Of a DNA stretch of 64,000 bases, positions 37,096 to 50,300 are shown piece by piece. Location: assembly GCA_051362555.1 (NCBI GenBank), contig CM120642.1:3038001-3102000 (forward strand), in the 5' to 3' direction. The notes beneath the pieces were generated by a model that did no database searches, had not been told where the DNA came from, and was given only the letters and a program-made list of their open reading frames with translations. Both the position numbers and the translations under genes were made by a program. The DNA is from Lingula anatina (lineage: Eukaryota > Animalia > Brachiopoda). Every line of letters begins with the position of its first letter. Within the stretch, counting starts at the first letter, position 1.

Positions 37096-37429
37096 AATGT
37101 TGATTTGCCCGCTGGGTTTAAGTAATACTGTTTATTGTAACTGCTCTCTGCCTTTTTTTAACGAATATTAAATATATACATCCATTTGAAAGAAACAAAA
37201 TCGAAAAATGAAGTGATATACAACATAATAACCATCGATTTTTATTTATCTCCTCTAGGAGATTTTCATGCATTTTGATGCAATAATACATAATCCTTAA
37301 CAGCATTACCACCAACAATTTTATGGATAACTAATAAATGGGTTTCATGCCCATATTGAAAATGCAAAAAAAAAAAAAAAAGTGAATGAAATTCCACCCT
37401 AAACTGCATAACTTTCAGACAAAAAATAA

Positions 37430-37461
<32 letters not shown>

Positions 37462-38948
37462 GAGGTACAAGATAGAAAATATCAATGCTGATGCAATAAT
37501 ACATTTTGCTCGACAGCAGAGTCAGCAACAAATATCACATGGCTTCAGGCCCATTAATTCAAATTCTCAGCTCTGTTTGAAAATGACAAAATGTGTAAAA
37601 AATTCACCAAGAAATTGCAAAAATTCATGGAAAATAAGTAGCAGTGAACTTAAATTTGTTGACACTGACAGCTAGATAGACTTAATATTAGTGACAGCTA
37701 AGACTGCCGCTGTAACTAGTTAAGTCTTGATCATTTCTTGATCATTATTGATTTAGCACTTACCTGAGGGCACAGAGCCACAGAAGCATACCATTAATGA
37801 CAACCAGATCCTAATGAGTTTAATGTCAAATGAACCTACAAGTTCTTTGATAAAACTGTTATTAATATAAAATATACTACAATCCATGCATTAAAAATAA
37901 AAAGCACGCAAGTCCACGGGTCAGTATTAACAATACACCGTAGTTGTCTCAGAATAAGACTTTAGTCCCTTTTCTTAAAAAATAAATTGCCAGTGCACAA
38001 ATTGACTAAATATGTATTGATAACTGTTTTGGTAAAATGGAATTTGGTATGTAGAGAGCCTTTATTTTAACATGATTTGAACAAACAAAAACAACTTTTT
38101 TATGATGAAAAACATTTAATGATTCAATATTTCTTTTATAAAGTTTAATGCAAATACAAAGTTCTTACAACTTCATGTACAGTTAGAAGGAATTTTTCTC
38201 ATGCACAAATAACACATTTACAAATAAAGCATTAATTAACTTAAAGTTGGTACAATGTTGTAAATGTTACTTGATAAATGTTTGTTAGTTTCTTATATGT
38301 ATGTATTAAGTAAGCAGAAAATATTGTGCTGTTATCCACATTCATATGCCTGAGAGAGCATTACTGGCATGAGAGGGCAATACTGGCCTGATATGGCAAT
38401 ACTGGCCTGAGGGGACACTGCTGTTTATATATGCCAATTGTAAACCAAACATGGCTCCCACGCACTATAGTTGCCGATCTAGAAAACTCAGCTGTTACAT
38501 ACTCAATTCATTACAACATCGTTATCAAAGGTCATGATGTATGTAATATGGTCCAAGTTATCCAAATATTACAGCAACTTGTCAAGAACATCGAGAATTA
38601 GTAAGTTATAGTGAGGTTTTCGCCGAGCATGCCAATTGTAAACCAAACATGGCTCCCACGCACTATAGTTGCCGATCTAGAAAACTCAGCTGTTACATAC
38701 TCAATTCATTACAACATCGTTATCAAAGGTCATGATGTATGTAATATGGTCCAAGTTATCCAAATATTACAGCAACTTGTCAAGAACATCGAGAATTAGT
38801 AAGTTATAGTGAGGTTTTCGCCTAGCAACTTCTGGTTTTCGCGGTTTTCGCGGTTTTCGTATTTTCGTAGGACCCTTTTACTAATATTTATAAGCATGAA
38901 GTTTCATGGGTTAAGAAGTTCCTTTTTATTTGTTTCAGGTGAAGAAGC

Positions 38949-41900
38949 ATGGGCGACATTAAGCAGTTCCTGTACGCGTGGTGTGGTAAACAAAAAGTGA
39001 CGCCAAACTATGACATACGACCTGCAGGATCCAAACAAAGACAGCGTTTCATGTGTGAGGTAAGGTTACATTGGATTGTGTAGAAAATGTGGGCTGCTAC
39101 ATTGGGTAGCTGTGTAGAAATTATAAGAAACAAGCTCAAGGGAGAGGCCAGTGTTCCTGTATTCTACAAGATATCTGTTACAAAACAGTTTTAAATAGCA
39201 TTTTCCTCAGTGTATTTACATAGGGAATATCCATAAATTTGTCAATTATTTCCCATGTGTGGCCAATGGGATATGTTTTTCTGATGCACTAGGGGAATGC
39301 TATTTCCAGGTCAGAATAGATGGCCATAGTTATGTTGGCTGTGGAAATTCCACCAACAAAAAGGATGCCCAGGCCAACGCTGCTAGAGATTTTGTCCAGT
39401 ATTTGGTTCGGAGTGGATTGGTCAACCAAAGTGAAGTGCCATCAGCAACAGTATGTATTTGTTGAATACCAAGAAGGGTGCTGCCCTCTCTTTGTTATCT
39501 GTTAATCTTTAAATTAAAACATACCAAGATATCAATTATGATTGGTATAATGAAAAACAATCATACATATGAACCATACATGTAAATTAAGAACTAAGAA
39601 CATTATTTAGATGCTCAGTATTTCAATCTTTTTTTGCATATATTGTGCTTTTCAGTTATTTTAATGAAATATTGTCCTTGATGCTACACCTTGAAAAATC
39701 AAAGGAATATTCAATGCATAGATGCCATTCTAGAATCTTACTACAATAAATGGCATTTTTCTAAACTGATAAGAGCAAAATTTCAGAATAAAACAGCAGT
39801 TACAATATATATGGCATTGCAAACCTTTTTATTTCAGGCAGATCTCGGAGGAGCAGGTGGGATGCCCCCTGGTGGAGGGGATGGAAATGGCGGAGAACCA
39901 GGAGGACTAAGTTTGTTGCCATCCGGTGTGGCTCCCCCTCCACACATAGGATTAGGTATCAGTATGACTTGATAGATTGGAACTGATTTTGTTGTTGTGA
40001 CTATGGAGTCCTTATATGTTTCACAGATTTGACCACATCGTAATATTGAGACAGATCTGACAGTTTTTCCAACAGACTTTTTAAATTTATTTTTATTCTC
40101 ATTTCAACCACTCTTCTTTTTTTTTATGTAATTCAATATCGATGCTGTAGATATAGGCACTGCGCTATAACTATTACTGTATATAACCATTGTTTTTTGA
40201 TGTATGTAATTTTTATATTACATGTTTGGTCTTAGCCATATATTCCATATAAATAGATAAATGAATAAATAAGTAATTAAATTTGTAAACTCAAAGACAT
40301 TTTATTTTATTAATCTTTGGGGGGTTAGCGGAGGGGAAAAAGTGAATTTATTTTATTAAAATCTCTAAATTTGCTGTTGCTTTATATCTATCAATTTTGT
40401 TTATGCTGACTATGTGCAGGCTTGACCCAGGAGACGTATGGTGCTGCCCCTAGTGGCATGGGGGAGAATCAGGTGGCACAGTACCAGAGAGGACCACCGA
40501 CATCTTACATGGACAGGCTGGCTGAGAAGAGAAGGGTGGAAGAAGTAAGAGAAAATATATTTTAACTTTCTTTGTGTGTGTGCATGCAGGCGTGTGTGTG
40601 TGAGTGTTAGTTTCTTAGGTCCCCTGGGGCCTGTAAACTGGTAGTTGTATAATTTTATAAGGGCCATACTATTGAAGGATTTTTTTCACATTTTGAAGTT
40701 GAAAATCGTGTCATATTTGTTGTTTACAACTTCACTCTGCACAGATTAGACTGTTTGTACTTACAGAAACTTTTTGATGCATTTTTTATAATTGGTTAAT
40801 AAAGAGTGTGTTTTATCAAACACATTGTGATGAGAATTAGAAAATATCGCCCAATGTTTGAACACACCCAAACTGCCAACTGCACCCATTTTTACAAATT
40901 TGGTTAAATTTTCACTGTATTCTTCCCAGTCTGAAGATGTCGACCTGAATGCTGATATCCATGGTAACTGGACATTAGAGAATGCCAAGAGTCGTCTGCA
41001 CCAGTATCTGCAGATGAACAAAATTCAGACAGACTACAAGTATAGCATGGTTGGTCCAGACCACAACAGGTAGGTGGGGGGTCCTGGATGAAGTGCTGAC
41101 AAGGTGCAGTTTATTCATTTGTTGATCTCTTTTTGTAAGCTTACAGGGCAAAAAGAATTTATTAAAAATTCTGTATTTATCATTGAAAAATTTTGTGAAC
41201 AAAAAAAAATCTGCCCAAAGCAGTAGAGGTATCATTGTAATAATGAATGGGATGTATTGATTGAAATTTGAAAGGAGAATGTTAGTCCTGATAAGTTTCA
41301 GTTTTTCAATGAGAAAAAATGGAAAGCATGTATTAAAGGGATAATAACTCTTCGTATGATATCTATATTTTACAATTAAAACCTTGTGAATAACTCATAG
41401 AAATATAATATATTCTGTTTTACCACAAAAACAGCAGTTATAGCTTTTATTCTGATATCTGAACTTGTCTTTAGACCACGTGACCTCCATTGATGTCTAT
41501 ACTCTGTTAAAATCTCTTAAGAGATTTTAACAAAAAACCAAACTTTTTAGAAAAAAACCAGGGACTAACTTTGAATGTAAAAATGGATTCATTAACCATT
41601 GGTAAGTATGGGAAAATTGTTGTTTACTCCAGGAAAATTCATTTTTTGGCCGAAACGAAGAGTTATTATTGCTTTAATTGATCCTCTTTATAGATCTCAT
41701 TATATGTGACTTTTTAGTGCATCTTATTACAAAAAAAAATAATAATAAAAAGAGAGTAAGAAAGAAATTTGTCCACCTTCTTATGAAGTGTCTTATAGTG
41801 ATGCTGAAGCCACCATTCATACAACAGGAAAGAATGACATATGCCGCATTCTCTTCTCCTGTTGGAGTATTTTTTCAACTTTGATAAACTGGAGGGAATA

Positions 41901-42875
41901 TTCAAAGCAACTGGATATGTGGAATGGCTATTTGTGTCTGTAGTTTAGAAACTATTGCAGCTGTTTTGGAATTCATAAGTTGAGGTGTATGTATATATAA
42001 TGCATATTAATTGTTATAACATCACCACTGAGTATAGACACTGCATCATCTCACCCTCCTGCTAAGAAATAATGTGTGAAGCATAATTTTCATATTAAAG
42101 ATGTTCAAATGAAGATTTAAGAATGGCCTTGTGCATATCTTTGTTTGTATTTTCCCCTGAAGAAAAAGTTTATCCTGAAACAACCAACCAGTTACTTGTA
42201 TTCCCTTCTTGAAAGGGGAAAATAACACCAAACCAGATCTAAGCTACTGACAGTCTTACCTGTAATGTAAGGCGAGGCTGTCAATAGCAAACTATTGTTT
42301 AATAGTGGGACAGAAATTGGTTTTAAAAACACTATATTGAATATATAATGGAGAAATATACCTGCAGAGAGCAATACCATAGCTGAACATGTGGTGTCAC
42401 ATGTAATGTTATGGATATGATCATTTTATAACTGCAGCTATAGTTTGGTGTTATTTTCTCAGGTATCACAATGTGGCTTTGGTGTCACTATAAGGGTCCC
42501 TGTTACCCTACAGTGCCCATTAATAACGCACACTCAGTTAAAATTGACTTTGGCTCAAGATTTGACTGTAATGACATTAGCTGATACAGGTGAGTTGTGA
42601 CCCAGTAAAGAATTGATGGAAGTAAATATTTGCTTTTTGGAATGTCGTTTGACTGAATTCAAAATGTCATGTATATTGATTTAGAATTTCATGTCACTTT
42701 ATGTCACTTTATGTTGGCAACAGGCATTATCAAGATGAATAGATGTATGATGTTTAAGAGTTACTGTAAACATGAGTTTCTCAAAAGATGGCCTCACATA
42801 AAAATTAAAAAGCTATCCCTGTTGATAGAAAGTTGAAGTCCTTGATTGGAAAAAAATATTTTTTTAATTTGGTAT

Positions 42876-42926
<51 letters not shown>

Positions 42927-44297
42927 TTTTTGTTAATATTTGAAATATTTGTTCTTTTTTAGGAGTTTCATTGCTGAAATGACCTTCTTCTGCAAACAGC
43001 TTAGAAGAAGTAAGAAACCAAATTTTGAAATATGTATTGTAATATCTAAACATCTTAGTATCAAAATCTCATCTTTGTTTTTGCACATATGCAAGTTCAT
43101 TAAACATATCTTTCACTCTGCTGTACCAATAAATATGAACCAGTATGTTTTCATTCTTCAAGAAAATTCTTAATCAAAATTTACAACAAAGTACAACCAA
43201 CTAGTCACATGTGAACTGCTGGTGCAAAGAAGTGATGGGTGGTAGGATGCACTGCGGTACTGTTGATTTAAAACATATATGAACTTGGTGTTTTCAGATC
43301 TGTATGGCAGAGAACATGGCTCCAACAAGCAGGTGGCCTCCAAGTCCTGTGCCCTGTCTCTAGTAAGACAGATGTACCATCTGAAGGTGATAGAACCCTA
43401 CACAGGACAGACCAAGAAGAAGGAGGGGGACCAGGTATGTGAATGAACATTTTCAATATTATGCCTGATTTCAAGATTTTCAGTCTTCATTTTGATCATT
43501 TTTTTCATACGGTCTTATGGTCATATGTTTTTGCTTTTTTTTTACATATGAAAATTTCCAGCTATGTTTTCAGGATTTTCAGTTTTTACAACTTTTACCT
43601 ACACGTGCATGATATGCAAAGTCAAATGTCGAAAAGGCTTCAACTAGATAGTCATTTGTATCTCCTCCAGTTTATCCATTGTTAATTATGACAAACTTGA
43701 ATAAGATTTTAAAGATTGACTTGAACTGATTGACCATGTAATCAAAATGGTCATCTGAATAACTGATGGTTAAGGGCTCATTCCTATTGAAACTATTGTT
43801 TTATAAAGATCAATTCAACTCCACAGAAACTCTTGCTGAATACAATCAGATTTGCAGATTAATTGCCTCCTATTTCCAACATACTCTGTTTTCTGTACCC
43901 ATGTATATCTGTTGGTTTGATTGCATTTAACAAGAGTCTCCTCAGGGCTGGATCAACCTACATAGAATGATAGTTTCATTTGGAATCAGCCCTAAGATTA
44001 CAGTTTCATTTGCCCTAAGATTTCTAATATCTGGTGTGAGGAAATTTTTTTTAACCTGTTAAGCATATATTAGGATTTTTGAAGGTATAGAACTTTAATT
44101 TGTAACTCAAAGCAGTTTGCAACCATTTTGAAACATGTCATTATTATTTTTCAATTAATTCTGCAAATGCATACATATGTATGCTATTATTTAAAGATTC
44201 CACCCTACAATGTGGCAATTTCCCCAGAGGTTGAACAACAGCTGACATCCTTGTTAGAGGCATTGCAGATCCAGGTTGTTTCTGAGGTGAGATCATA

Positions 44298-44345
<48 letters not shown>

Positions 44346-47300
44346 ACACTAAAAAATGTACTTTTAGTTTTCCAAATTTTTTTCCCTTATAATAAAAGTT
44401 TAGTATTAAGGATATTGTCACATGCATTGTTTTGGGTAATAGATAAATCTTCAGTGTTCAATGACAAAATTTATTAACATTTAGACATATGTCATCTTAC
44501 AGGTGACATCATCATTGCAATTTTGGGATAAAAACTGATAAATTGGTTTGGTGATAAAATCTTGTTCAGGGATGAAGTTCTGCCCCATACCAATTCTTAT
44601 CACACCTCAAATAGAAAGGTGTTCAATTGATGGTTAATGTTTTGAGTTGCCTAAGCTTGTACTTTGCAATTAGAAATATAAAGCACACTTTTTTATATTT
44701 TTGCATTTTTTATTGTTTTAAATCAGTACAAAGATAGATGCATTATTAAATAATATGATGCAGGAAAAACCTTCATTTTTGGTGTCTGGATGATAATAAA
44801 GGGTTACAATGCCCTTAAGTAACCTCTGTAGGACTGTATTTTAGCCCCAGGATCCCACCCAGCCTGTCAGCCTGATAGTGAACCAGAAACTAGAGGAATT
44901 TGAAGACTCCAGGAAGAGTATGGAGGGCATAGTGTCCTGGTCTCCCCCTCAGCAGAACTGGAACCCATGGACAGCATGTAATATAGATGAGGGTCCTCTG
45001 GCCTTTGTGAGTGTTTTCTTCTTATGAGACAAATAAGTAGATTTATTTCACAAGCATTTAGTTGTTTTTTCCAAGGCTTTTAAGATTGTCTAGAATACCA
45101 GAGTATGCTTTGTGAACTGTAGGTAAAAACAATCATAAAATATACACAGTCTATGAGTAAAGCATTCATTTTTACAGGCCACAATGGAGCAAATAGGATC
45201 TGATTTACTGAGTGGTATGGAGCAGCAGAGGAAAATGGACCAAGGTCTCCAGGAGGTTTGTCTGTCTGTTTGTACTTTCCTTAACCCATGTGTGATGGAA
45301 CTTGTATTCATGGGTAACATGCATTTATGACGGATACAGGATCCAGCCATTTGTTCTCCATGTAAAAGCTCATAACTAAGCATGTGATCCACCTTTATAG
45401 TAATCCAAGTCAGGATTTTGAACGCATTTTGAGTGCTTGAATGGCTACTTGTTGAATTTTCTGTGGACAGTTAAAGCTTTTAAAAGAAAAGCTGACAGAT
45501 AGATGGCCTAAATCAATATTGCAAGAAATAATCATATTCATCATCCCTTAGAGTCGGTTTTCAGCCATTTCTTGACAGTTTAAAAATAGCACAAATCTCA
45601 AATATCCAGAAATTGAGTTATTGAATGAATGGTGTATTTGAAAAACCTGTGTTTTAGCATAGGTTTTGATCTTTTTCTTTTACCTAAATTGTAACAGAGT
45701 CATGGGGAGCAACAAAAATGTAATAATAAATGTTATTTACTCGGTAAAATTACTTAAACACAAGATTTTTGGGGGAAAATCTTGGCTTGGAAGACTTCAG
45801 TTATAAATCACATAACTTTTACATAATGATACAACATAAATGTACTGAAATTCAATGAACAGCAACCCACTTTACACAATGCACATTACTACTCTGAATA
45901 AATGATAGTGATTTTATAAATGATCTAATCTTCTTTTGTCTAGATGATGAGAGAGAGAGGAGAACTGCCTGTCCATTCATACAAGGAGGAAATATTAAGA
46001 ACAATTCATCGTAGTCCTGTGACTTTAATAAGAGGAGCAACTGGATGTGGTAAAACCACCCAGGTAAGAGATAATGATGTTGTAGATAGAGAGGGGTTGA
46101 AGGTGTCAACAGACACTTAATTTAACCATTTCGCCTGTTTAAATAGTCTAGATTAATGACTGCAGCACTTTAGGTATTTTTAAATTGTTAACCCAAGACA
46201 GGTGTAACTTTAATACATTGATTAGAAATAACTGATTGAATAAAGCAAATATTAAATGCACCAATTTATCATCAATTCAGGTGAATTTTTATTTTCTTTT
46301 GACTGATTTAAAAATCATGCATAGCAGATACCTTATTAAACAGAATTTGATATTTTGTTCATTTTGTCCCATAATGAAATTTCCTTTGCTAATATGTTAA
46401 TTTTTGGGTTTCATTTTCGTCCTCAGGTTCCTCAGTTCATCATTGATGAGTTTATAGAGGCAGGTAGAGGATCTCAGTGCAATGTTGTGATTACGCAGGT
46501 GAGTTTATAGAGGCAGGTAGAGGATCTCAGTGCAATGTTGTGATCACACAGGTGAGTTTATAGAGGCAGGTAGAGGATCTCAGTGCAATGTTGTGATCGC
46601 ACAGGTGAGTTTATAGAGGCAGGTAGAGGATTTCAGTGCAATGTTGTGATTACACAGGTGAGTTTATAGAGGCAGGTAGAGGATCTCAGTGCAATGTTGT
46701 GATCACACAGGTGTTTATAGAGGCAGGTAGAGGATCTCAGTGCAATGTTGTGATTACACAGGTGAGTTTATAGAGGCAGGTAGAGGATCTCAGTGCAATG
46801 TTGTGATTACACAGGTGAGTTTATAGAGGCAGGTAGAGGATCTCAATGCAATGTTGTGGTCACACAGGTGAGTTTATAGAGGCAGGTAGAGGATCTCAGT
46901 GCAATGTTGTGGTCACACAGGTGAGTTTATAGAGGCAGGTAGAGGATCTCAGTGCAATGTTGTGGTCACACAGGTGAGTTTATAGAGGCAGGTAGAGGAT
47001 CTCAGTGCAATGTTGTGATTACACAAGTGAGATCTGCTTTGAAAGTCCATATGCACCATGTTCATTACACTGTATGTTTGTACTGGAAGATGACAATAAA
47101 TGTGAATGAATGCTTGTAAAAATTTCAAACAAAACCAAGGATTACATACACTGTAACAGTGTGGATAGTCAAGATGAAAAAATTGCCAAAATATAGCATT
47201 TTGGACTTATCATAGACACAGACATGAGCTTTTTCCGCGTAAATGCAGAATTCCGCATTTTTTTATTCAATTCTGATGGTTACTGAGATTCGTCTTGTCT

Positions 47301-50300
47301 GAGATTCGATAAAATTTTTTTTAATTTTTTTTAAACCTAGGATCATGTCTGTAGCCTGTTCAGAATCAGTTGATCTGTGCCCTGTCCCATAGACTAGTCA
47401 GTCTGCGGATCAACTGGTTCTGAACAGGCCCTAAGACTACAGTCTCAATCACTGTTCCCATGTGGGCCAGTTAGTCTGTAGATCAACTGGTTCTGAACAG
47501 GCCCTAAGACTACAGTCTCAATCACTGTTCCCAAGGACCTGCAAAGATCTTACGATCAGTTGCTAAATGTGAAGTACCATGGAAAGTTAGTGATTCAAAA
47601 GTACAAAGTAAGACACAGATTCTGTAGTTTCTCCTCTGCCAACTAATTCTTAGGAATGTTAACATTAAATTGCAGTAAAAACAAAAACAAATAATATTAT
47701 TTGGAAATATTCCTTTATAAATAAAGAAAAGGTATGCTACAAAATCTGCTGCAGTTATACATGCAAAAAATTACTTTATTTTGTCCTGTAATTAATATTA
47801 CAGCAAAGTAAAGAATAAGCTTTTCACAGAAATTTACTAAGATGGCATCAAACAGAGACAGACCCCTAAAATAATTTTCTTATCATAACAAGTACATGTA
47901 TTTGAATAAAAGCTTATGAAAAAAATGCATGCAATAAAGTAGAAACCAACATTGAGTTAAATTATAAATTGTCTCCTCCAGTGACCTATAACAAAATTAA
48001 TTAACAATTTCATTATCAATTTTGATACACATTTAAACATTCTCTTTAATCAGAATTTTTGTACAACACAAGTGTCTCAGTAAACGCGTAGACTCACCAA
48101 CTTAAGTTTTGCTTAAACTTCATAGCTCACATTTTCTGCAAGACCAAAGATGCTATCTGGGTTGGTGCAAGCTGCATTGGTAACATTTTACAAAAATAAA
48201 TTCTCAAAAGATAAGTAATTAAAGAATATTAACCAGATCATATATAAAAGGTGAAGTATTGGTGTCGCATATTTAAGATTGCGATCAGACAAGTTCATAA
48301 TGCATTTCCATTATGCCTGTATCTTTTCCATTATTATTATTTTTTAACAATGTATAAAGTTTTCAGTGTTTGTATAATGATATATAACAATTTAAGTGCT
48401 GATGCAGCACACAATTTGCTTTCACATAGAGCTGACTTCTGCTTTAAGCATATCTTTGTCATACAGATGTTCCATAATTCTTACTAGTTGGTGCTGTCTT
48501 TTACACGCCATGCTCTTAAAGAAGATGGCAGACTTTCTCTTCCATGAACTTTGATATGTTGGCATGTCAAGTCTGACATAATTTCCCAGCCTGCAAGTGA
48601 AAGATCACCAGATTTGTGGTATTGAAGCAACTTTTCCAATGCTTTAATGGAAAGGGATTTGTCTTTTTCAAAGATGCTTTTCCATGCAGTCATTCCCCTG
48701 TCTTCACTTGAACTGAATTCTGATGGACTTTTATGAGAAGTGTATATATAAAATCTTTGAGAAGTCAAGTGCTGCATAAAGATGTCAGTTATAGTAAGCA
48801 TCATCTCCATATCCCATAAAGAAGCACTCAGACTTAGTCCATGTACTTTTGCATGCTGTGAAACCACATCTAGGAATATTGATTCTGAGATGTCCTTAAT
48901 AATGTGAGGTTGACAAAACTGCTTCAGAACACGTTGTGATGTGAACTTGTCTTTGGCTAAGATATTCATGCACCTTAAATGCTCTGTGTCAGTAGTGTTC
49001 TTGTTTGTGAAAAAATACTGTAACAGAATGTCAGCATTCCTTTCTACAGCTTTGTCACAGCTTCCATGGACCTCTGTATGCTGTGATAGCACATTCAGAA
49101 ACGATGCCCTCTCCACTGCTGACAGGCTTCTGAATTTGTGAGGTTTGTTAAGTTGTTTGAGCACTTCTTTAGATGTGTTTTCATCCTTGGCCAAAATTTT
49201 CATACATTCTTTCTGCTTTGAGTCAGTGATGTCACCGCTTGTTAAGAAATCTTGTAACATAATCACAGCATTCCCTTCTGCAGCAGAATAACAACTACCA
49301 TGGACCTCTGCATGCTGTGACAGCACATTCAGAAACAATGTCTTCTCCACTGCTGACAGGGCTTTGGTAGTATGGGTTTGGTAAATTTGATGGAGCACTT
49401 CTTGAGATGTGGTTTTATCCTTGGCTAAGATTTTTATACATTCTGACTGCTCTGAGTCAGTGGTGTCATTGCTTGTTAAAAAATATTGCAACAATATAAC
49501 AGCATTTCCTTTTGCAACTGTGTCAAACCTGTACCACCGGTATCTGCAGTGGATCTCTGCATACTGTGACAGCACATCCAGAAACAATGTCCTCTCTACT
49601 GCTGACAGGGTTCTGGATTTGTGGGTTTGGTAAAGTTGTTTGAGCACTTCTTCAAATGTCCCCCTACCCTTGGCTATGATTTTCATACATTCTGACTGCT
49701 CTGAGGTGTCACTGTTTGTGTGTAGGTCCTGTCTCTGATATAGATGTAACAATAGACAATAGGCAGCAAGACCAACTCCTCTACCACTGAAATGTTTAAC
49801 CAGGTCAAAGACTAAATTTTTCAGTGTATCTCTCCCCTCTTCATTGGGAAGCATTTTGATTTGTTGAAGAACGAGCTTCAGCAAAGTTTGATTTCTAGCA
49901 AGTATTTTCAGAATTTTTGTCTTTTTCTCATTCTTACGAAGTTGCTTGATAAAGATTTCTGCAATGGCTAGCCAGGTTTTGAGTTCTGTTTTGGGTGTTT
50001 GTGACAGAAGTTTCCAGTTTTCACTTAAATGTAATGTATTATCACCTTCAGCATTATGTAACAGTTCCAACAGCTCTGTTTTTAGAAGACTGGCAAAAGC
50101 TTTATGTTTTGGGGAGGCAAGATTAAAAATATTTTGCTTCAAATTTCTGCACACTTTAGCATTTTCATTTGAATCACAGCCTACACAAAGAAGAATGGAA
50201 GCAAGTTTCTTCTGCTCAACTTTGTCTAGTTTTGTAAATAGTTCAGGAAAAAGTTCAAGCAATTTGACAATGTCTTCCACATGCCTCTTGTCTGCTGGAA

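Larger units (their letters stand above)
34506..37116. mobile_element. Nested non-autonomous TIR element (CMC/EnSpm-like) with subterminal tandem arrays
   Basis: TIR CCCAGCGGGCA...TGCCCGCTGGG, TT on both flanks (possible 2-bp TSD), and GTTGA/TCAAC-rich arms. The superfamily call is an inference. Confidence 0.75.
31982..38875. mobile_element. 6.9-kb non-autonomous Mutator/foldback-like DNA transposon with ~370-bp TIRs
   Basis: GGTCCTACGAAAATACGAAAACCGC... (31983-~32353) is the reverse complement of ~38326-38874. 9-bp TSD TTTTACTAA (31973-31981, 38876-38884). No transposase ORF is visible. The right TIR has a 198-bp tandem duplication (starts 38431 and 38629). Confidence 0.88.

Noticed and set aside
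38611-39000. Two short ORFs both starting MRFSPS
   Set aside because: They result from the 198-bp duplication in the transposon TIR and have GTG starts.
46447-47031. Regular array resembling CRISPR
   Set aside because: No unique spacers. It is a head-to-tail 53-bp minisatellite derived from a eukaryotic exon, with no cas genes nearby.
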